From Spirochaetaceae bacterium (GTDB lineage Bacteria; Spirochaetota; Spirochaetia; DSM-2461): a DNA stretch of 64,000 nt. A model generated the notes under the pieces. It saw only the letters and a program-made list of their open reading frames with translations, ran no database searches and was not told where the DNA came from. The position numbers and the translations under genes were made by a program. The stretch is from contig OZ245056.1 of the NCBI GenBank assembly GCA_965224705.1, positions 2,688,001-2,752,000 of the forward strand, in the 5' to 3' direction. Position 1 is the stretch's first letter; each line of letters begins with the position of its first letter. Shown here in pieces: positions 57,670-64,000 of the stretch.

Positions 57670-58201
57670 TTTGAGCAAACCTCTCCAGTTCCTGTTCATC
57701 CAGTTTCGGCAGATCCGCTATGCTCTCCAATCGGAAAGCTTTCAGGAATTCCTTTGTTGTTCCATAAAGAGATGGACGGCCAGGTGTATCCTTACATCCA
57801 ACTTCCTTGATGAGCTTTTTATCTTTGAGAATTCGAATCATGCTGTCAGCATTGACTCCTCGTAGATTCTCTATTTCACTTCGTGTCAGGGGCTGAGAAT
57901 AGGCCACAATTGAAAGTGTTTCCAATGCCGCACGGGAAAGCCGGTCTGATCTCTGCTTACCATATCGAGTTTTGAGTCTGTCCTGAAGATGTACTTTGGG
58001 AGACAGTGCCCAGCCTCCCGTTGTTTTTGCTGGAGTTATGCCAAATTCATCCGATGAGTACCTTTTTTCAAGTATCGTCAGAGCTTTTTCAACTTCTTCG
58101 ACGGAGAGACCGGCTATTCGGGCCAGAGAAGATTCGCTGATGGGTTCGACTTCGAGTAGAAGAACTGCCTCAACAATCTGGGTATTGGCTTCCATATTCA
58201 T
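57656..58201 (-). CDS. scpB: SMC-Scp complex subunit ScpB
   Basis: 'LSRAALETLSIVAYSQP.TR.EIE..RGV', 'PGRP.LYGTT..FL'. Confidence 0.96.
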   Translation of the reverse strand: MNMEANTQIVEAVLLLEVEPISESSLARIAGLSVEEVEKALTILEKRYSSDEFGITPAKTTGGWALSPKVHLQDRLKTRYGKQRSDRLSRAALETLSIVAYSQPLTRSEIENLRGVNADSMIRILKDKKLIKEVGCKDTPGRPSLYGTTKEFLKAFRLESIADLPKLDEQELERFAQNEDA

Positions 58202-58208
58202 TCTTCAT

Positions 58209-58946
58209 TCATACCATCTGCTTGATTCTTATATCACCGAAGAGACGATTCTGATAAACATCTATCAGGCCCCCCTTAACCAGTTCCAGAACGGCAAGAA
58301 ACGCACTCACCACCTCCAGAATCGAACCGGGATTCACTATCAGGTCATCAAACACAAACTCAATCCTATCTTCAAGAAACTCTTGAATCAATGTTATTTT
58401 TTCCTTTATTGAGAATTCTTCCCATAAACTGATGACTTTCTCACCTCCCAGACTCTTCATCACTTTACTGAAACTCTTCAGCAGTTCCCATGGACCAATT
58501 TGATTCCAGAGATCATTTTCGTCCGGGAAGGGAAGTATTGCCTGTGTGTTTTTTCTTTCCACTACCCACTCAGCCTGGTTTTCCTGTTCAGCCATCAAGT
58601 CGGTAAGCTTACGGATTTTTTCATACTCAATCAATTGATGAACCAGTTCCTGTCTGGGGTCTTCAAGCTCGTCTTCAAGATCAACATCAACAGGAAGAAG
58701 CATGCGGGATTTAATGTACAGCAATGTTGCTGCAATGAGATAAAACTCTGTAATATCTTCAAGGTTCACTGCCGTTGCATACTTTAGATAATCAAGATAC
58801 TGCTCTGTAATCTCAGCGATGGGGATGTCATATATGCTGACTTCATTTTTTCTGATGAGGAATAACAGTAAATCAAGAGGACCATCAAATTGAGAAAGCC
58901 GATATTGACGTTTGCCATCTGTCTGCTTATTCATTTCAGCTCTCAT
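58209..58946 (-). CDS. scpA: Segregation/condensation protein A (kleisin)
   Basis: 'FDGPLDLLLFLI', 'IA.IT.QYL', 'KSRMLLP', 'FLAVLEL'. Confidence 0.96.
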   Translation of the reverse strand: MRAEMNKQTDGKRQYRLSQFDGPLDLLLFLIRKNEVSIYDIPIAEITEQYLDYLKYATAVNLEDITEFYLIAATLLYIKSRMLLPVDVDLEDELEDPRQELVHQLIEYEKIRKLTDLMAEQENQAEWVVERKNTQAILPFPDENDLWNQIGPWELLKSFSKVMKSLGGEKVISLWEEFSIKEKITLIQEFLEDRIEFVFDDLIVNPGSILEVVSAFLAVLELVKGGLIDVYQNRLFGDIRIKQMV

Positions 58947-59446
58947 CCCGTATGATAAACTTCAACATACTGATCCAATAGTTTCAAAACTTTCTGAGAA
59001 TACAATATACCATCTATGGGATCCATAGCATCAGGATCAATATCCAGAAGCGGCTTGAGGACGAATAATCTTCTGCTCATTGCAGGATGAGGTACAATCA
59101 AGTCGCACTCCTGCTTTTCCTGAGATCTGATTACTTGATTTCCCCACAGCAGGATGTCAATATCGACAGTTCTTGGTCCCTTTGCAGGAATCTGTTTTCT
59201 CTGACGGCCACATTTCGTTTCAATTTCACCTATGTGCTTCAGAAGCTGACAGGGATTCAGTTCTGTTTGTCCTCTGATCACATTATTCAAGAAGTTTCCC
59301 TGCTTCAAATAGTCCTGTGGTTCTGTTTCATACAGAGGTGATTGAACGATTTGATCAACAAATTCTTCCAGATATCTAACAGCCTTTCCAATGTGAGATG
59401 CCCGGTCGCCAATATTAGAGCCGAGACCAAGCCAGATTTTTGTCAC
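58943..59446 (-). CDS. folK: 2-amino-4-hydroxy-6-hydroxymethyldihydropteridine diphosphokinase
   Basis: 'GLGSNIG', 'FLN', '[10 protein letters not shown]', 'PHP....R.FVL.PL'. Confidence 0.95.
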   Translation of the reverse strand: MTKIWLGLGSNIGDRASHIGKAVRYLEEFVDQIVQSPLYETEPQDYLKQGNFLNNVIRGQTELNPCQLLKHIGEIETKCGRQRKQIPAKGPRTVDIDILLWGNQVIRSQEKQECDLIVPHPAMSRRLFVLKPLLDIDPDAMDPIDGILYSQKVLKLLDQYVEVYHTG

Positions 59447-60540
59447 GAAGCACCGGGAAGCCCGGTATCAGTACTTCGTTGTCTCGTTCTCGCAGATTTT
59501 TCTGTTTCAGTCTCGGATGAGATGGCGGGAAACAGTTTTGCTCTCAGAGTCTTCTCAATTTCTGCTGCAATCTCTGGATTGTCCTGCAGGAACTGTTTTG
59601 CACTCTCCCTGCCCTGCCCTATCCGGTTCTCACCAATAGAGTACCAGCTCCCGCTTTTATTAATGAGTTCATGTGCGATACCGCCATCCAGTAAGCTTCC
59701 GGTTATTGAGATGCCTTTTCCAAACATGAGCTCCAATTCCACTCTGCGAAAAGGTGGTGCCACCTTGTTTTTGACCACTTTTACTCGAATTCTATTACCG
59801 ACAGCATTATCCTGCCCCCTGGAAATGGTTTCCGTCTTCCTCACTTCCAGACGGATGGACGCATAGAATTTAAGAGCGTTGCCTCCCGTTGTTGTTTCAG
59901 GGTTGCCAAACATGATCCCAATTTTCATCCGGATCTGATTGATAAATATCAGGCAACAGCCGGATTTACTGATAGTTGCCGTAAGTTTTCTCAATGCCTG
60001 ACTCATTAATCGTGCTTGAAGACCAACATGGGAGTCGCCCATCTCTCCAGAAATCTCTGCCTGTGGGGTCAATGCGGCGACTGAGTCAACAACGATGACG
60101 GCGACTCCTCCCGAACGCACCAGGCTTTCAGCAATTTCAAGTGCCTGTTCTCCGGTATCCGGCTGACTGACCCAGAGATTTTTTACGTCAACTCCAAGAT
60201 CTCCTGCATATACCGGATCCAGGGCATGTTCGGCGTCCACAAATGCAGCGATACCGCCTTTTTTCTGAGCTTCTGCGATGGCGTGCAGGGCCAGAGTTGT
60301 TTTGCCTGAGGATTCAGGCCCGAAAATCTCTATTATTCTTCCTTTTGGATAGCCGCCCACTCCCAGGGCATCATCCAGAAGTATGGAACCTGACGGGATT
60401 GTTTCAATCTTCATCTGCTGCTTATCGCCCATTTTCATGAGTGAGCCAATACCGAATTGCTTTTCTATTTGTTGACGGGCTGCTTCAACAGCCTTTTCCT
60501 TATTGCCTATTTCTTTTACTGTTTCTCTGCTTCTACTCAT
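59443..60540 (-). CDS. recA: Recombinase A
   Basis: 'GPESSGKTT', 'DAEHALD', '[11 protein letters not shown]', '[10 protein letters not shown]'. Confidence 0.99.
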   Translation of the reverse strand: MSRSRETVKEIGNKEKAVEAARQQIEKQFGIGSLMKMGDKQQMKIETIPSGSILLDDALGVGGYPKGRIIEIFGPESSGKTTLALHAIAEAQKKGGIAAFVDAEHALDPVYAGDLGVDVKNLWVSQPDTGEQALEIAESLVRSGGVAVIVVDSVAALTPQAEISGEMGDSHVGLQARLMSQALRKLTATISKSGCCLIFINQIRMKIGIMFGNPETTTGGNALKFYASIRLEVRKTETISRGQDNAVGNRIRVKVVKNKVAPPFRRVELELMFGKGISITGSLLDGGIAHELINKSGSWYSIGENRIGQGRESAKQFLQDNPEIAAEIEKTLRAKLFPAISSETETEKSARTRQRSTDTGLPGAS

Positions 60541-60631
60541 AGCAAACCTCCTGAATAGTTATAACGACTTGCAATGGTCTTTATATTGAGATTCTGCTCA
60601 ATCTATACTTATAATCCTTGGGAATCAATGG

Positions 60632-61711
60632 TCAGCGCTGAAAATGAAGTGTTTTGGCGACAAGATGAAATCCTCCTTCATTGAGTTCAACCCGGGCCAG
60701 GAGTTCAAGAGGCAAAGGTTCCATCACGGCCAGAAACGGCACAACAACCGATACCCGTCCTTCAAGGATCTCTCCTTCATGATATCCTACAAGAAAATCA
60801 AAACTGATTTCATTTTCATTGAATTCGACATTGGCTGTAACCCCGGTCCATAGAATCCAGCAATCCTCGTAAAGTCGGGGATTGGCACTTACCTCTCGAT
60901 ACGTATAGTTTGTTTCAATCGTCTGAATAGTCGATTCAGCCAGAGATTCAAGGATGAGATTTATCTGCTGGCTGATACTCTCACTGATATTGGCATGCCG
61001 TATTTTGTTCAGTTCGAAACGGGCACTGTTATCTTCATAGTTTTTGAAATGCTTCAAAGACTTTTTCAATGCACGGGAAACTTCCCGGTCAGTCATGGAA
61101 TTCACAGCATCTGACTCTTCCTGTATGAGAATCCTGCTGTCTGGAGCAAAGATTTCAGTTCCAGGCCGCTGTTCCATCCTCATTATCTGAAGTTCAACCA
61201 GGTTCCACAGTGTGTTTCGATAATAAAAAGATGATGAGAGAATGACTGAGAAAGCGAGTATGAAAACGATCCTTTTCGGCCATCTGTTTTTCAAGTCAGG
61301 GAGATAATGCCTTCCATGTATTCTGTCAATAAACCGTTCCTGAGATTCCATGCTCTTGAGACCTTTGAGAGAATTAATTCCCCTGACGGCATATTTATTC
61401 CCCGGGTAGTCATCCAGAATTTCCAACCAGATTTTTAATGCTGCTGCAGGATCCTTTCTTTTAAGGTAATTGAATGCCAGGCATAATCTGATATTGAGAT
61501 TATACGGATCAATCTGCAATCCCCGGTTGAGATAAATCCATGCATCTTTTGTATTCCCATGTTCCAGGCAGGCTTTCCCAAGAATCGTATAGTAATCGGG
61601 ATCTTCCAGGTAAAGCGGTACTTTTGGTTCCAGAAATCGTATGACTTTCTCATGCTTGCCGGCTGCCTGCCAGTAACATGCCCGTTTGAGGTCTTTATTG
61701 TGGAGTTTCAT
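60632..61711 (-). CDS. TPR-containing membrane protein
   Basis: N-terminal TPRs, central TM, C-terminal beta-rich region. Confidence 0.7.
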   Translation of the reverse strand: MKLHNKDLKRACYWQAAGKHEKVIRFLEPKVPLYLEDPDYYTILGKACLEHGNTKDAWIYLNRGLQIDPYNLNIRLCLAFNYLKRKDPAAALKIWLEILDDYPGNKYAVRGINSLKGLKSMESQERFIDRIHGRHYLPDLKNRWPKRIVFILAFSVILSSSFYYRNTLWNLVELQIMRMEQRPGTEIFAPDSRILIQEESDAVNSMTDREVSRALKKSLKHFKNYEDNSARFELNKIRHANISESISQQINLILESLAESTIQTIETNYTYREVSANPRLYEDCWILWTGVTANVEFNENEISFDFLVGYHEGEILEGRVSVVVPFLAVMEPLPLELLARVELNEGGFHLVAKTLHFQR

Positions 61712-62765
61712 ACTCCCTTCGAAGCTGCTCCTGTTCATGGACCCTGGATTCGATCTCTGAAACCGACTCCTCGGTCAATTCCGACTGATTCTGTACCAGA
61801 ACATCGATTTCTTCCAGCAATGCGTCAATGAGCTGCCGCCGTTCATACAGGTCGTTCTTTTTCAGCTGCAATTCCTGTGCGTCTGTATTTGACTGTGCGT
61901 CCGGGATTACATCCGGCTGCAATTCCTGTGCGTCCGGGATTATATCTGATACAGGGATTTCGTGTTTAATCCCTGTTTTTCCAATGCTAAAGAAGAATTC
62001 GAACTCAACATTTCCTCCAGCCGGGACATTGACTGGTTTGTATTCAGTCAGTATGGCACTGTCGATCTCTCCTTTGTAGTGAATGTTATCAAAATTCCGT
62101 GTATTGATAACCCTGTGATTGAAGCCCTGAGAATTCAATCTATAGTAATTTGCCAATACAATCCTCTTCGGCGTCACCGGTAGATCCAGGTTAAATCCGA
62201 TAAACAGAGATATGCCATTGGCTCCATCAGACATAGATATCCACTCAGGGACATTCTGATCAAGGAATTCTGTTTCTGTTGTTACCGGAATTTCATCTGG
62301 TGCACGAAACGGAACATTGCTTTTTTCCCCGATATAGGTATCAAGAAGTAGAGAGGAACGCAGATTAACACTGGATTTTGAATTATTGGTGAATATCATC
62401 TTAACACTTCCATTCTGCCTGTCATCCTGAAACACCAATACCTGTTTCATCTCGAACTCGGGTTCATTGTATGAGAGAAAATACTCATTCTCATCATTCT
62501 TCATTATTTTGTTCCAGCTGCTATTTTTGAATTTAACAATTCTCCCATCAATACTGATTAACCATTTAGATGTTGAATCCTGACTCTGGTTATCCCATAA
62601 CAGGATTTCCTCTCCATTTTTTTCGGCGTAGACATTGAAAAAAGAAGCTTTGACAGTGTCGTCGAATAGTTTCAGCATCCTGCTGCCGTTCGCATCCTGG
62701 GCGAATAGAGGCGCTGCTGCAAGAAACATGCAAATACACAGATGCAGTATTCCTCTCTTATTCAT
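61695..62765 (-). CDS. Hypothetical exported protein
   Basis: Signal peptide 'FLAAAPLFA'; C-terminal coiled coil. Confidence 0.7.
   Translation of the reverse strand: MNKRGILHLCICMFLAAAPLFAQDANGSRMLKLFDDTVKASFFNVYAEKNGEEILLWDNQSQDSTSKWLISIDGRIVKFKNSSWNKIMKNDENEYFLSYNEPEFEMKQVLVFQDDRQNGSVKMIFTNNSKSSVNLRSSLLLDTYIGEKSNVPFRAPDEIPVTTETEFLDQNVPEWISMSDGANGISLFIGFNLDLPVTPKRIVLANYYRLNSQGFNHRVINTRNFDNIHYKGEIDSAILTEYKPVNVPAGGNVEFEFFFSIGKTGIKHEIPVSDIIPDAQELQPDVIPDAQSNTDAQELQLKKNDLYERRQLIDALLEEIDVLVQNQSELTEESVSEIESRVHEQEQLRREYETPQ
61865..61942. repeat. Short intragenic imperfect direct repeats encoding DAQELQ / IPDAQ
   Basis: gctgcaattcctgtgcgtc at 61865 and 61916; ctgtgcgtccgggatta at 61893 and 61926. 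Confidence 0.75.
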
Positions 62766-63564
62766 TACCGCCAAGCTCCATCAGTTCATAATCATATTTT
62801 TCCTTCAGATTCAACAGCCGTTCTCTTGCCTGCAGCAATTGTTCCCGATACTCCAGCAATTCCTGCCTGTTTTGATTGGCGGCATTGGTTTCTGAAATTT
62901 CCCTGCTGGCATTGTAGGATTCCACACGTAATCTTTGAAGATTTTCGGCAAGACTGAGATACTCTTCATAGTTCCATCTCAGGAAATCAAGCAGTGCTTT
63001 TTCGCGCTGGAGAAAGGATATCTCACTTATCCGATATTGGGAGGCTTCATATTTGACACTTGCGGGGAAGGTTTTTATAAGATCTTTGAAAATCTCTTCA
63101 GCTTCATTAAGACGTCCCAGTGCAATAAGAGATTCCCCAATCCAGTATTGAGTTGAAGCAACCAGTTGAGAACGCGGATAATCAAGAATGAAGTGGTGAA
63201 GTGCGATTATTGCTTTTTCCGGCTCTCCCCGAAGGTATAATAAACGAGCTTGATGATATCGCATCTCCGGCCTTCGAGTATGATCGGGATACAATGCAAG
63301 GTAGTCATCGACAAGTTTCCCGGCTGATTCATACTGCTTCCTCAGGATTTCTGTTTTTACAAGCCAGTAGTATGCTTCTGCATGATATGCTTCAAGATTG
63401 CTGTCCTGTATGATGCCCTGAAATATTGATGATGCCTGCTCTGCCCCACCTCTCTTCAGTTCAGCAATTCCAGTATCTAAAAGTGAATCGCCAGCAAATG
63501 CAGAAACTCCTGTATACAAAATTGTGAAGAGTACAAATAAAGCATGAAGTGCAAACCGTTTCAC
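62758..63564 (-). CDS. Exported TPR protein (BamD/CpoB-like)
   Basis: Signal peptide; 'YP...', 'QYWIGESL' TPR_6-like repeats; GTG start. Confidence 0.75.
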   Translation of the reverse strand: MKRFALHALFVLFTILYTGVSAFAGDSLLDTGIAELKRGGAEQASSIFQGIIQDSNLEAYHAEAYYWLVKTEILRKQYESAGKLVDDYLALYPDHTRRPEMRYHQARLLYLRGEPEKAIIALHHFILDYPRSQLVASTQYWIGESLIALGRLNEAEEIFKDLIKTFPASVKYEASQYRISEISFLQREKALLDFLRWNYEEYLSLAENLQRLRVESYNASREISETNAANQNRQELLEYREQLLQARERLLNLKEKYDYELMELGGNE

Positions 63565-63602
63565 GATGTTCCCCCTCATTATCGATATCGGCACAACAAG
63601 TC

Positions 63603-64000
63603 TTAAACCTTGAACATAAAATCAGTATTCCTGCATTTTTTCAAAGATTCAAGAGGTTTCCTGCTGGCATAAAAAGCCGATCCCATAACAGCAATGTCTG
63701 TACCAGCTGCCCAGACATCGGCGGCAGTTTGCTGACAAAAACCACCATCAATGGCTATTTGATAATTCCCTTCCCCTTCTTCACGCATCTGTGCAAGAAG
63801 CCGGACTTTCTCAAGGGTAGAGATGATAAGTTTTTGGCCGCCAAATCCGGGATCGACGGTCATCACCAATACCTGGTCCACAATATTGAGTATTTCAGCG
63901 ATGGTAGAGACAGGTGTTGAAGGAACAATTGAGATGCCAGCTTTCATACCCCTATTCTGTATCGTTCGAATGAGACGATGAGCATGTATCTCCGCTTCGA
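63603..64000 (-). CDS. rpe: Ribulose-phosphate 3-epimerase (5' part outside the window)
   Basis: 'P.TP', 'LVMTVDPGFGGQ', 'IDGG', 'GSA'. Confidence 0.95.
   Translation of the reverse strand, partial: EAEIHAHRLIRTIQNRGMKAGISIVPSTPVSTIAEILNIVDQVLVMTVDPGFGGQKLIISTLEKVRLLAQMREEGEGNYQIAIDGGFCQQTAADVWAAGTDIAVMGSAFYASRKPLESLKKCRNTDFMFKV

Noticed and set aside
59342..59866. 174-aa + strand ORF
   Set aside because: Antisense shadow of recA/folK

Overview
This 64 kb window is gene-dense, mostly core chromosome, and almost certainly from a spirochaete. The evidence is a flaA-cheA-cheW/CheR-cheX-cheY block, a spiro-SPASM radical SAM gene, a spirochaete-type EF-G2, and the order mltG-dnaG-rpoD-Zn-ribbon-rnpB-mreBCD. 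It holds a cobinamide/B12 salvage cluster, upp, adk, xseAB, a five-gene radical SAM/cytidylyltransferase/methyltransferase/ATP-grasp cluster, two tandem divergent EF-G paralogues, three tRNAs (Val-GAC, Thr-TGT, Tyr-GTA), RNase P RNA, rod-shape genes, and a long minus-strand run from rpe through recA, scpAB, cmk and rpsA to a sigma54 activator and a CHASE2 adenylate cyclase. Three things stand out as non-routine. First, a family of palindromic MITE/REP-like elements occurs as four copies at three loci, one locus being a tandem 2x165 bp in-frame insertion in a lipoprotein signal peptide. Second, an IS1/IS1595-like element with atypical ends sits against the 3' end of tRNA-Tyr. Third, the spiro-SPASM cluster has no known product. 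No CRISPR array, prophage or rRNA was seen. All calls come from motif recognition by eye; no database search was run, and some start codons were shifted from the ORF track to the start with the better RBS or overlap.
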